Below are positions 1 through 9,591 of a DNA stretch of 20,000 nucleotides, in pieces (positions within the stretch are counted from its first letter, which is position 1; every line of letters starts with the position of its first letter). Made by a program: the position numbers and the translations under genes. The notes under the pieces are model-generated. The model saw nothing but the letters and a program-made list of their open reading frames with translations, was not told the origin of the DNA and did no database searches. The DNA is taken from IMG/VR virus record IMGVR_UViG_3300042450_001700. One strand, given 5' to 3'. This DNA comes from an uncultured virus (IMG/VR IMGVR_UViG_3300042450_001700). Taxonomy: Duplodnaviria > Heunggongvirae > Uroviricota > Caudoviricetes.

Positions 1-1035
1 AGTTACGCCGGTCATTTCTAGGGTTGAAGTTGCGTCAACGTCGCGGGTGAAGGAACCGGATACGGGGTTGAGTTCTGCGATGACACTTCCGCCGCCGCGG
101 GTCATTAGTAGGACTTGTATGTCCTCGCCTACGCCGAGTGTTGCACCGGGCAGACAGGTCGGGGTGAGAACGGATTGAAACGGTGGGATCAACACGCCCG
201 CAACAACTTGTCCTGCGAAAGCATCTTCAGGGGGGCTATCGAAAGCGCTGAACATGGCTGTCAGCAGCACATGTACTTCTTCGACCGTAGGTATCGTGGC
301 CGAGGTAACAACAACATCACCGGGAGCCAACGCACTGTCGTTCGTCCAAGCATCACCAAACGGTGGAGGCCCTGAAGGAGTGAAGCTTGTCGCAGTACTA
401 GAAATTGCAGCCGTGACCAATGGGCCGACCGTTGTTGGGCTAACCCACGGGGGAACCGCATCAGCAGAAAATGTTGCGGCACCTGTTGCCCAGTAGCCGT
501 CGGGGTCCATCGGCAAGGTCATCGTTGTGGTTGTTTCCAAGTACATACCACCGGGAACAACGGTTGCTGTTGTCACACAGGTTGCACCGGAGAAAGACCA
601 CGAGAATGGGTTGCCGTAATCAGGTGCGAAGAAACCGTCCAAACTATTGTTGCAAACACCCGCATCGCTGGACTTGCCAAACTCAACAACCTCGCCAAAC
701 TGATTCGGCACAGACCCCGTAAAAACCTCATACGGTTGTATGCGTACAAGTCCTTGAATGAGTTGTGTGTTGCCAAGAGAATCTTCAAGCAGACAAGTAA
801 CTGATTCGCAGCCCGGACTTGTAACAGGGCCACAAGTGTAAGCCTGCGGTAACGCATCAAACACGACGAGCGGGTTAGGAGAAAATCCTCCCCCCGAGTA
901 AGTCCACTTGACTATCGGGTTGGTAGATGAGGTGACTGCACCTGTTACTTGTACGACAGCGCCGGGGTAACCAACCTCTGTGTAGCTGATTGAGAGTGCG
1001 GAGTAGTCAACTTGTATCTGACCGCTGATCGGCAT
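1..1035 (-). CDS. Minor tail protein (Tal/baseplate-hub-like), 3' end truncated by the window, with a long N-terminal extension
   Basis: Not in the ORF track. Manual translation from ATG at 1035 stays open to base 1 (345 codons: MPISGQIQVDYSALSISYTEVGYPG...LGVGEDIQVLLMTRGGGSVIAELNPVSGSFTRDVDATSTLEMTGVT). It starts 4 nt after the stop of the Dit-like gene. The last ~50 aa resemble the usual N-terminus of the actinophage minor tail protein that follows Dit. Confidence 0.8.
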   Translation of the reverse strand, partial: MPISGQIQVDYSALSISYTEVGYPGAVVQVTGAVTSSTNPIVKWTYSGGGFSPNPLVVFDALPQAYTCGPVTSPGCESVTCLLEDSLGNTQLIQGLVRIQPYEVFTGSVPNQFGEVVEFGKSSDAGVCNNSLDGFFAPDYGNPFSWSFSGATCVTTATVVPGGMYLETTTTMTLPMDPDGYWATGAATFSADAVPPWVSPTTVGPLVTAAISSTATSFTPSGPPPFGDAWTNDSALAPGDVVVTSATIPTVEEVHVLLTAMFSAFDSPPEDAFAGQVVAGVLIPPFQSVLTPTCLPGATLGVGEDIQVLLMTRGGGSVIAELNPVSGSFTRDVDATSTLEMTGVT

Positions 1036-1039
1036 TAGG

Positions 1040-2956
1040 TCAGCCGCCCGAGGCTAGGAACTTGCCCGCCGCACCAATCGTCACCCACGCACTATCAGAC
1101 ACCCGTGCATCAACCGAAATAATGAAACACAACGTCGCGCACTGCGGCAGATCAAACCACTGAAACCCGGCGAACCCCGCCGACCCAACAATGCCCTGAC
1201 CAGAGGTGTAAGTACCGCCCGCAAGTTCCAACGAAACAATCCGGGTACGAGAGTCAATCGTCAGCGTCGAACCCGACGGGAGTTGCGAAACGGTTAGCTC
1301 CTGACACGGGACAATACATTTCCAATATTCATCGTCTGCGATAATTCCACAAGGGCAAGGAATAGGCGGATCAAGATCAGCACGAGGATTCTCGTAAGCC
1401 GAGATTTTGAGGTTCCGCAGATCGGTAGCGCCCGCAAAAATTTGGATGAAAGAAGTCGCACTATTCCAGTCGGAAACATTTGTGTAAGACGCGCATATCT
1501 GTTTCGTTACCCACGGCTCGCACCAACAATCATCGTCAGGAATGAACGGCAACGGTGGCGGGGTACGAACTACACCGCAGTCCGGTATGAACGAAATCGG
1601 TTCAATCTCAGGGCAGTCAATGCAGTCAGTAAAACACTTTTCATAAAGTTCAGCAGGGAACGGTTCCTCAAACACAGGGAACGTCAGATCAGAAAAGATG
1701 TACGGCAACTCAGATGCAATCGTGAACTGAACCTTCAACGTCGTGTACCCGCACTGATCGCAGCAGGTGCCGAACTTGTCCACGACCTTCGGACCGTCTA
1801 CTAGCCCTGTGCGGTGCAGGACACGACCGTAGTCCAACGGGTCAGCCTCAGCGGGTGGGCAGCACTTCAACATGAAGAAGTCACCCAACGCGCAATCAAA
1901 GCACCCAGTGGCACCGATCAGCGCTTCGTTCAACCAGTGCAGCCCGTACTCTGAACCACAACAAGTCTTTGCAAACAGGTAACCCGTTACGGTTAGTGTT
2001 CGTGGCCCCAACTTTAGTGGCCCCAAACTTCCACCATAGATGGAAGCGGGAGCTAGATCGCGTTGCACAACAGAATCAAAACCGGTTATGTCTTCAACGA
2101 ACAGACCGTAGAAGTCACCTGACTCAGGCACCTCTGGATCAAACCACGCAGGGCTATCAACGCCGCCTGTCAGATCAAGCTCATAGATTCCCGACGGCCC
2201 GGTCACTTCCCATATCCAAGTCCACCCCGTTGCAGAGATACTTACCGGGGCGATACCACTGCCGAAATCAAAGCAAACAAAACTAACTGCCGGAAACGAT
2301 GCACCCACGATAGGTGTGTCCCAACGAAACTCAACATCAACCGCGCCCGCAGGTTGAGACACAACTTGCGACGCTGTTCCTGATGGAAAGAAGTTCCAGC
2401 CCGCAGAACCAGTACCAGTCACAGATGTTGAACCCGGCAGCGGATTAGTAAAATCGTCAACCGACCACAAGTACATTCCCGAATCTGCTGAAGTCCACAA
2501 ACCCGTGTCAACGGTGATGCAACTAATTCTGCAACCAACAAGAACCGCCCCCGGCACAGGTGGAACTACCGGCATCGGAACACCCGCACCCATAAAATCT
2601 GAAGCAAAAGGCAGAGGAAACGTATCGAACAGCAAATTGAGTGAAGCAGGATTGAGACTTGAACCGGGCAGCAGCGGGATACCACCAAAGTCGCCTGCGT
2701 CGATCAAGTCGTCCGTCTGCTCAACCTCAATCTCAGTCGTGCCAACCCCGTTAGGCTGATCGCAAAACATCGCTGAAGCCGGAGAACACGGAACCTTGTT
2801 CACCGCATATGGCCCAAGGTTCCCCGCTACCCCAGTGGCGAACCCGCCGAGAACTGTCGCAGCGTCAACCCCATACGGGTTACCACGCAGATAATCCAAG
2901 GTGCGTTGATTGTTCCAAAGCTCAGTCTGGTTGCCGTAACAATAGGCTTGATACAT
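1040..2956 (-). CDS. Minor tail protein (distal tail protein, Dit-like), 638 aa, Cys-rich
   Basis: Directly follows the tape measure gene with a TGATG stop/start overlap at 2956. Motifs ELWNNQRTLDY, PAWFDPEVPESGDFYG, PRTLTVTGYL and LTIDSRTR are typical of actinophage post-TMP tail proteins. Confidence 0.85.
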   Translation of the reverse strand: MYQAYCYGNQTELWNNQRTLDYLRGNPYGVDAATVLGGFATGVAGNLGPYAVNKVPCSPASAMFCDQPNGVGTTEIEVEQTDDLIDAGDFGGIPLLPGSSLNPASLNLLFDTFPLPFASDFMGAGVPMPVVPPVPGAVLVGCRISCITVDTGLWTSADSGMYLWSVDDFTNPLPGSTSVTGTGSAGWNFFPSGTASQVVSQPAGAVDVEFRWDTPIVGASFPAVSFVCFDFGSGIAPVSISATGWTWIWEVTGPSGIYELDLTGGVDSPAWFDPEVPESGDFYGLFVEDITGFDSVVQRDLAPASIYGGSLGPLKLGPRTLTVTGYLFAKTCCGSEYGLHWLNEALIGATGCFDCALGDFFMLKCCPPAEADPLDYGRVLHRTGLVDGPKVVDKFGTCCDQCGYTTLKVQFTIASELPYIFSDLTFPVFEEPFPAELYEKCFTDCIDCPEIEPISFIPDCGVVRTPPPLPFIPDDDCWCEPWVTKQICASYTNVSDWNSATSFIQIFAGATDLRNLKISAYENPRADLDPPIPCPCGIIADDEYWKCIVPCQELTVSQLPSGSTLTIDSRTRIVSLELAGGTYTSGQGIVGSAGFAGFQWFDLPQCATLCFIISVDARVSDSAWVTIGAAGKFLASGG

Positions 2957-5900
2957 CAGCGCCTCGTAAAGTTCACACGGGTCGAAGCCTGCTCGCGAGC
3001 CTCAATCTCAGCAATCACCTGTGCCATACTGATCCCGTAAATGTTGTAGGTGTTGCCCTGACCGGGGAACAATCCCTGAACCGCAACACTACCCGCCGCT
3101 TCGCCGCCCAGCGGTACACTCGTTGTGTCGCTCTGTGTGGCCGCACGTTGGCCCGCAGCCTGAGATAGCACACCCATCAGACCAGATTCCTCAGCAAGCT
3201 GTAACGCACGCATAGGCCGTGTCAGAGGTATCACAACCTCCGGTCCTGCCTCACCCAACATTGCTGTCATCCGACGAGAAACAATCGCGCCGTTAGCAAG
3301 ACCAGCGTGAACATGATCGTGATGATCCGCACGCGTGATCGGATTACGAACAAACCCGCCGCCCGGACCCGAATAAATCAACTCTTGAAGAATGCCACGC
3401 ACCGGCTCAAACGCCCGATAAATCCTCAACAACTCAGGCGAATCCCGACTAGCTCGCAACCCCGCAAAGTCAACCGCCCGACCCGAAGCATGAAGTGAAG
3501 CGCGAGCGCCGCCAGAACCACGAGTTGTAGCACCCGCACGCACCATCGAAACCGCACGGAACGGAACCTGCGTAGCGGTCATATAGTCGATCAACGCCCG
3601 ATAGTTACCCGGACGACCAGCAACTTGCCGCAACCTGTCAATCGCAGCAGGCAACCCGATAGGTGCGCCACCGGGGAACGCAGTGCCAACACCGCCCATA
3701 GCGTCAGCAGTTGCCTTATTAGCTTCCTCAATTTTCTGACCAACGAATCCAAGACCACCCATCGCCGCAGAAGAAACAATACCCCCCAAGTACTTGGGTG
3801 CATAGAAGGCTTGCTCACTCAAACTTTTAGCCTCAGCAATGGTCACCTTGAGAGCGTCTTTCAACCCTTCAAGAATCGAAGAAGGCAACGTAGCAAACGA
3901 ATCACCGCCCAGCGGTGGCATCGGCGCGGCAGGCGCACCCATCTGCGGCAAGAACCGTTGAGTCATCGCCTTGTCAGCACGAGGGTCACGTTCCCCGAAA
4001 TCACCCCGGCGGATAGTCTCAAACTCCGCAGGAGTCATCGCGTTCATAACACTCGCAGGGATAACACCCTCACCTCGTTGCATCTTCACGAGCATCTCGG
4101 AAGACTCAAACGGTCCGCCCGTTTCAGGCAACCGGCCACCAATCACACCACCCGAGTGTGCTGTCGGGAAAGTCAACGATGGAATGTTTATGTTCGCCGT
4201 GGCAGGTATCTGATCCAACGCCCCTGTCAAAGTCGAAGCAAACGGATTCCAAACCCCTGCTGCGAAAGCACGGAACGGTGCAGCAACCGCACCCGTGATC
4301 CCCGAAGCAATACCGCCCATGTACGCAGGCAACCCGCCGAACCCTGTTTCCAGCCCGGTTTTCCAAGTTGTCACATACAAGCTCAGATCGTTGAACACAG
4401 CCTTGAACGAATTAGCAAACGCACCCATCCCGCCGACCATGCTCAACCAGATCAGATTGCCGGTATTAGCTAACAGGCCACTGACCGTTATCGGCCACAA
4501 CGCAATGTACGCAGTCAAACTTTCAAGCAGCATGAGTATCTGCGCAGCGAGGAACTGGAACGTGACCTGAACCCCGGCCCACACGGTTTCCCCGAATGTT
4601 TTGAGCGAGTCAATAGCAAACATGGAAAGCGAAGCGAACCAGTCTTTGACAGGTTGCAACGCCGCTACCGCAGAGTCAACAACAGACGACATCGCAGATG
4701 TGACAGTTGAAGTGATCCCGCCCGCATCTGGCGTAGACGGTGCAGGAGACATTGCGATCCCCGGCGAACCACTAGCAATAATGTCCATCAGACCAGACTG
4801 AACTAGTAGCTGTTTCGCCCGCTCAGGTTTCGTCAACGGGATAACAACTTCAGCGCCGTCTTCACCGATCAAAGCGTTTGTTGCCTTGGTAATGATTCCA
4901 CCTTCAGCGAGTGGAATATCAGGGATCGTAGGAATACCCTCAAACGGTTTAGCGCCGAACACCGAAATGTTCTGAAGCTTCTTTATCAACTTGTCGTTTA
5001 TGAAACCACGCAACGCATTGAAAATCTTGGCAGCAAAGTTGAACGCACCCGTGGCCGCACCACCAAGAGCGTCAACAAGTTTGCCGGGAATACCCTTGAA
5101 GAACTCAACCAAGCCCGTGAGAAGCTCAGGGCCTTTCTCTTTGACCAGATCAAACCCGGCTTTAGCCCAAGTGAACAGTTGCTCACCGATAGCGCCAAGA
5201 CCACCAATGAGCATCCCCGGAATACCAGTCACCCAACCAAGCACGGTAGCGAGAACCTCCGGCCCTCTCTCCACGATGAAGTTGAACGCAAGCTTCACCC
5301 CATCGAACAGCAATCCGCCCAAAATGAGCAGCCCGTCAACGAGCATCCTTGGAATCGTCAGAACCCAACCAAGCAACGTCGCGAGGATACCCGGACCGTT
5401 CTCCACCAACCAGTTGAACGCCGCTGTCAACCAGCCCAACAACATCCCACCAAGATTGCCAAGCAACCCGAGAAGCATTGCCGGAATACCAGAAATCCAG
5501 CCCCACAAAGTTGCGAGGATGACCGGCCCATTCTCAACAAGCCAGTTGAACGCCGTCGTAAGCCAGCCCAGCAGTAGCCCGCCAAGGCTTGCCAGAACAC
5601 CAATGATCTTGCCGGGGAGACTCACAAAGAAGTTTATGATCCCAAGTAGAATCCCCGGCCCATATTCCACGACCAACGCAAAAGCGAACTGGAACGCAGC
5701 AACCAAATAGCCACCGAGGGCAGATAGCAGTTGAACAAGTTTAGCCGGTATCCCCGCAAAGAAATTCAGTACCAAAGCAAGAACTGTCGGCATGTACTCA
5801 ACGAGTACCTCAAACGCATCCTTGATCCACGGGAACAAGAAATTCCCAAGAGCGGCCAACGCCCCAATAATCATTCCCGGTATGTTCTTGAATACGTCAA

Positions 5901-8900
5901 TGACATAGTTCAAGACTGTCGGTATCGCCTTGAAAAGGAACATAACTGCTTCCTTCACCGCGTTGAAAAGGATGCCACCAAGATTCTTGATCCCATTCGC
6001 CAGCAGACCCCAAAGGTCCATAAGCCAATCCACAAGAACCGAATAGGTGCCAACCAGAAGCGTTACAGCAATCCTGAACACGCTTTTGACAATCTTGAAA
6101 AGTATCCCCGGTAAACGACCAAAGAAGTCAGTCAATGCCGCTATGACCTTCGGACCAGCATCAGTCTGTAACCACTCGCCAAGCTTTTCCAAGTTCCCGC
6201 TTATAAACGATACAAACGGGTTGTCCTTCTCCTTACCGCCACCACCGCCACCTTTCCCGCCGCCGTCCCCGCCACCAAAAAGATTCTTGAAGAAGTTCCC
6301 AATGATCTCAGGCAAGTTCTTCAGTTTGTCAAATAGCTTCGGAGCGTTATCGACAACCCAGTTGGCAGCGCCTTCAAGTATCGACCCAAGCGCATCTCCA
6401 GCATCCGCAATGTAGCTAAGAAGCTGCAACGGCAAGTCCACAAAGAAGTCTCCAATAGCAACAACAATGCTACCTAGACCTTCACCGATTTTGTTCTTGT
6501 CCAGAGTGAAGATGCCCTCAAGGATTTTTGCTAGACCGCCAACGATGTCAAGGCCACCTTGGATTGTCTCAAGGATCGCACCACCAAAACCGCCAAGTAT
6601 CGGAATATTCTTGATAGCTTCAATAGCTTTGTCGATACCATCGTGAACCTCTCCCTTTAGCCAATCGGCTATCTTGCCAGACACACTTCCAAGAAGGTCC
6701 AGTGCCACTAAAACCAAGTCCAAGATTCCCTTAGCAATATCCGGTATCACTTCACCCAACGTGACGAGCATGGAGTCCTTGAGTTTCAAGAAGCCCATTT
6801 TGATCTTGTCTGTATCCCAAGTGAATACACCACTCAAGATGTCAGACCACCCACCTATTATCAGTAGAAGTGAATCAAGTGTGCCGCCCAGTGCTTCCGA
6901 AAGCGGACCAAGAATAGGAATTTCTCCAATCGCACCCGTAATGGCTGTCATAAGCTGCGCAAGGATTCCTCGTGCCTTATCTGCCATCTCCGAGGTGAAG
7001 TCCCAGCTTTGCGTCAGAATCTCACTTATCGCTCCCGGCAATGCCTTCAAGGAATCACCAAAGCTAGAGATAGCATTCTTAGCTATATCAGACGCACCCT
7101 GAAAATCCCCCGAGAACAAAGCCAGAAGCGCCTTGAAACCGTCGATAATAGGTTGAATCACTATTCCGACCATTAGGTCGTAGACGGCACGAACCGCATG
7201 GCCGAATCTCTCTAGCGGTCCAACACCTTCCTCAATCGCAGGTTTACCATTTATAAACGCTTGGGCAAACTCTTGCAGTTTGTCTACGAATCCATCAACA
7301 AAATCTCTAAACGGAGCAATCTTGTCGTAAGCCATCTTGAATGCAAAGCCAAGACCAATTACTGCGGCAACAATAAGAAGTATCGGACTTGTCAGAACTG
7401 TTAGGGCGGTACTGACACCCCATATGGCTAAAGCGAGTAAACCCCATACGGCGATACTTACGCCAATAACAATGGCCGCAAGTTTCAGTCCTTCAATGAC
7501 TGTTTGGAGTGTGTTCTTGAACTTGTCAAGTTCCTCTGGACTTAGATTATCCACCCATTCCCTGAACTTCTTTATACCGTTTCCGATTGTCGTAGCGACA
7601 ACGGCAAAGGCATCTCCGAACGCCTTGAAGATGTCCGACATGACGGAAGTTTTCTTGCCCGTCTTTTCACCCTCATCGCCCAGACCCTTTATGGGCTTCA
7701 GCAAGTCTTTTATCAGTTTGTAAACTGCACTGATCTGGTCGAACAGATATTTGAGAGCTTCACGGAACGCCTCAGAAGATTTATAAGCACCGATCAGTGC
7801 GACGGTAAGCAAGACGAATCCGATGAATGCAGGGTTTGCTGCAAGCCATGAAAACATTTTGACCAGCCCTGCCACGCCCCTCGCTAGCGACCCAAAGATT
7901 CGGAAGGCGATGCCGAGTCCACCTAAAGCGAAGATGATCCCCACAATCGCTTTGAGTACACCCGGACTGTCGGTCATAAGCCCATTGAAGAACAGTGCAA
8001 CGGCATCGGCGGCATCAGCCATTTTGTTTATGATTCCGTCTTTGCCACCAAGAGCAACGATGGCGATTCCCTCCAAGGATGACTGGAAGCGCTTGAGGCC
8101 ACCTTTCACGCCTTCCATCTGCTTCACTGCAATCTCAGCAGCAGTACCGCTGTTAGCCATCTTCTCGCTCAACTTAGAAATTTCCTCTGCGGGAAGATTC
8201 ATAGCTTCAACAAGCGCAAGCCCGGATTCACCAAAGATGTCCAGCGCTTCGGCTGAAGTCAGCCCAGTGCCTTCGAGGAGTCTTAGAACGGACTGAAAGT
8301 TGAGAACCTCGCCATCAGCATCCAGCAGCGTGCCGTCAAGTTTTCTAGTAGCACCAATCAACGGCAGAATCGCATCGTTAGATGTTGCTTGCATTGCTTT
8401 CTGAAGCTTGTCTTGCGCTTCAACGGTAGACGCTCCACGTTTTATGAATGCACCAAGAACCGCTGTTGTGTCATCCATGTTGAACTTGAAGTCCGAAACG
8501 GCATCAAAGGATGACAAGAACGCCCATCTCAGTTCGTCGTGTTGCTTCTTGTTGAACCCAAGAGCCTTTGACGTAACATCAACTTCTTGACCAGCTTCCT
8601 TATTCTTCTGCGTTAGAACTCGTAGGGCTTCGGAGCCTTGGTTGACCAAAGACAAGAAACCCGGTCCGGCACGTTGACCGAAAATCGTGATCGCATCAGC
8701 CGTACTAAACGACGTTTTCTCCAACTGCCCGATGATGTTCTCTAGTGGCAAAAGTCTGCCTGTGGCATCGTGTGTGATAAGGCCAAGTTCTTCGATGACC
8801 GCAGCACCCATCTTGGTGGGCTTTTCAAGCTTGACGATTGCGCCACGCAACGCAGTACCACCGAGACTGCCTTTCAGACCAGCATTTGCTAACTGCCCAA

Positions 8901-9591
8901 GTGCCGCTGTCGTTTCCTCAAACGACACTCTAGATGCAGCAGAAACAGGTGCCACATACTTCATTGCATACGACAAGTCCATCAGGCTTGTATTCGTCTT
9001 TGTCATCGTTTTGGAGAGAACGTCGTTTACCCTCCCGACTTCGCCAACCTCCATTCCGAATGACCTGAGCGTGTCAGCAGCAATCCCTGTAGCCTCGGCA
9101 AGCCCGAACCCACCAGCAGAAGCAAGACGCAACGTGCCGGGAATAGCTTTCATAATCTCATTAGTGCTGAAACCCGCCAAAGCGAGTTTTGTCATTCCGT
9201 CAGCAGCCTGACCAGCCGTAAACTCAGTATCCCGACCAAGTTTCTGAGCTAGGGCATCAAGCTCATCAAACTGCTTACCAGTTGCCCCTGTGATGGCACC
9301 AACTCGCCGCATTGCAGTATCAAAATCGTATGCAGCCTTACCACCAAGAGCGCCGAACGCGACTGCCGCAATAGTAAAACCACCAAGGGCCTTACCCATA
9401 GCGGTTGATTTAGCCGCAACTCCGCCTATGGATGTGCTGACTCCAGCAAGGCCAGTAGAAAGAGTGGCAGCACCCAAAGTCCCCGGAGCCATCGCCGCAG
9501 CGGTTTTCGTACCCAACCCAGCCAACGTCGCATTGAATGCTGTTGGATCGCCAAGAATCTGAACTACTGCTGTACCAACAATCTGTGGCAT
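2956..9591 (-). CDS. Tape measure protein, 2211 aa, TP901-type N-terminal core and C-terminal peptidoglycan-peptidase-like motif
   Basis: Very long Ala/Gly/Leu-rich ORF. TP901-family core (FDTAMRRVGAITGAT...LGRDTEFTAGQAADGM...LALAGF), amphipathic repeats with spaced W/F, AxGG...GE.G.EVVIPL modules, and position after the chaperone genes. Confidence 0.97.
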   Translation of the reverse strand: MPQIVGTAVVQILGDPTAFNATLAGLGTKTAAAMAPGTLGAATLSTGLAGVSTSIGGVAAKSTAMGKALGGFTIAAVAFGALGGKAAYDFDTAMRRVGAITGATGKQFDELDALAQKLGRDTEFTAGQAADGMTKLALAGFSTNEIMKAIPGTLRLASAGGFGLAEATGIAADTLRSFGMEVGEVGRVNDVLSKTMTKTNTSLMDLSYAMKYVAPVSAASRVSFEETTAALGQLANAGLKGSLGGTALRGAIVKLEKPTKMGAAVIEELGLITHDATGRLLPLENIIGQLEKTSFSTADAITIFGQRAGPGFLSLVNQGSEALRVLTQKNKEAGQEVDVTSKALGFNKKQHDELRWAFLSSFDAVSDFKFNMDDTTAVLGAFIKRGASTVEAQDKLQKAMQATSNDAILPLIGATRKLDGTLLDADGEVLNFQSVLRLLEGTGLTSAEALDIFGESGLALVEAMNLPAEEISKLSEKMANSGTAAEIAVKQMEGVKGGLKRFQSSLEGIAIVALGGKDGIINKMADAADAVALFFNGLMTDSPGVLKAIVGIIFALGGLGIAFRIFGSLARGVAGLVKMFSWLAANPAFIGFVLLTVALIGAYKSSEAFREALKYLFDQISAVYKLIKDLLKPIKGLGDEGEKTGKKTSVMSDIFKAFGDAFAVVATTIGNGIKKFREWVDNLSPEELDKFKNTLQTVIEGLKLAAIVIGVSIAVWGLLALAIWGVSTALTVLTSPILLIVAAVIGLGFAFKMAYDKIAPFRDFVDGFVDKLQEFAQAFINGKPAIEEGVGPLERFGHAVRAVYDLMVGIVIQPIIDGFKALLALFSGDFQGASDIAKNAISSFGDSLKALPGAISEILTQSWDFTSEMADKARGILAQLMTAITGAIGEIPILGPLSEALGGTLDSLLLIIGGWSDILSGVFTWDTDKIKMGFLKLKDSMLVTLGEVIPDIAKGILDLVLVALDLLGSVSGKIADWLKGEVHDGIDKAIEAIKNIPILGGFGGAILETIQGGLDIVGGLAKILEGIFTLDKNKIGEGLGSIVVAIGDFFVDLPLQLLSYIADAGDALGSILEGAANWVVDNAPKLFDKLKNLPEIIGNFFKNLFGGGDGGGKGGGGGGKEKDNPFVSFISGNLEKLGEWLQTDAGPKVIAALTDFFGRLPGILFKIVKSVFRIAVTLLVGTYSVLVDWLMDLWGLLANGIKNLGGILFNAVKEAVMFLFKAIPTVLNYVIDVFKNIPGMIIGALAALGNFLFPWIKDAFEVLVEYMPTVLALVLNFFAGIPAKLVQLLSALGGYLVAAFQFAFALVVEYGPGILLGIINFFVSLPGKIIGVLASLGGLLLGWLTTAFNWLVENGPVILATLWGWISGIPAMLLGLLGNLGGMLLGWLTAAFNWLVENGPGILATLLGWVLTIPRMLVDGLLILGGLLFDGVKLAFNFIVERGPEVLATVLGWVTGIPGMLIGGLGAIGEQLFTWAKAGFDLVKEKGPELLTGLVEFFKGIPGKLVDALGGAATGAFNFAAKIFNALRGFINDKLIKKLQNISVFGAKPFEGIPTIPDIPLAEGGIITKATNALIGEDGAEVVIPLTKPERAKQLLVQSGLMDIIASGSPGIAMSPAPSTPDAGGITSTVTSAMSSVVDSAVAALQPVKDWFASLSMFAIDSLKTFGETVWAGVQVTFQFLAAQILMLLESLTAYIALWPITVSGLLANTGNLIWLSMVGGMGAFANSFKAVFNDLSLYVTTWKTGLETGFGGLPAYMGGIASGITGAVAAPFRAFAAGVWNPFASTLTGALDQIPATANINIPSLTFPTAHSGGVIGGRLPETGGPFESSEMLVKMQRGEGVIPASVMNAMTPAEFETIRRGDFGERDPRADKAMTQRFLPQMGAPAAPMPPLGGDSFATLPSSILEGLKDALKVTIAEAKSLSEQAFYAPKYLGGIVSSAAMGGLGFVGQKIEEANKATADAMGGVGTAFPGGAPIGLPAAIDRLRQVAGRPGNYRALIDYMTATQVPFRAVSMVRAGATTRGSGGARASLHASGRAVDFAGLRASRDSPELLRIYRAFEPVRGILQELIYSGPGGGFVRNPITRADHHDHVHAGLANGAIVSRRMTAMLGEAGPEVVIPLTRPMRALQLAEESGLMGVLSQAAGQRAATQSDTTSVPLGGEAAGSVAVQGLFPGQGNTYNIYGISMAQVIAEIEAREQASTRVNFTRR
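5060..5983 (-). repeat. About seven degenerate 132-bp (44-aa) tandem repeats inside the tape measure gene
   Basis: Protein units begin LGG/LGN/IGE and contain AF.W/F.VE.GP..LA....W...IP. The DNA motif gttgaacgc recurs at 5281, 5413 and 5545 (132-bp spacing). Confidence 0.85.

Noticed and set aside
115..860. Track ORFs at 115-860 on both strands
   Set aside because: All overlap the continuous minus-strand frame 1035 to 1, which gives a coherent tail protein.
5060..5983. Regularly spaced repeats as a possible CRISPR array or DGR template/variable pair
   Set aside because: They are degenerate in-frame 132-bp coding repeats with no identical repeat-spacer structure, and no reverse transcriptase or cas gene is in the window.
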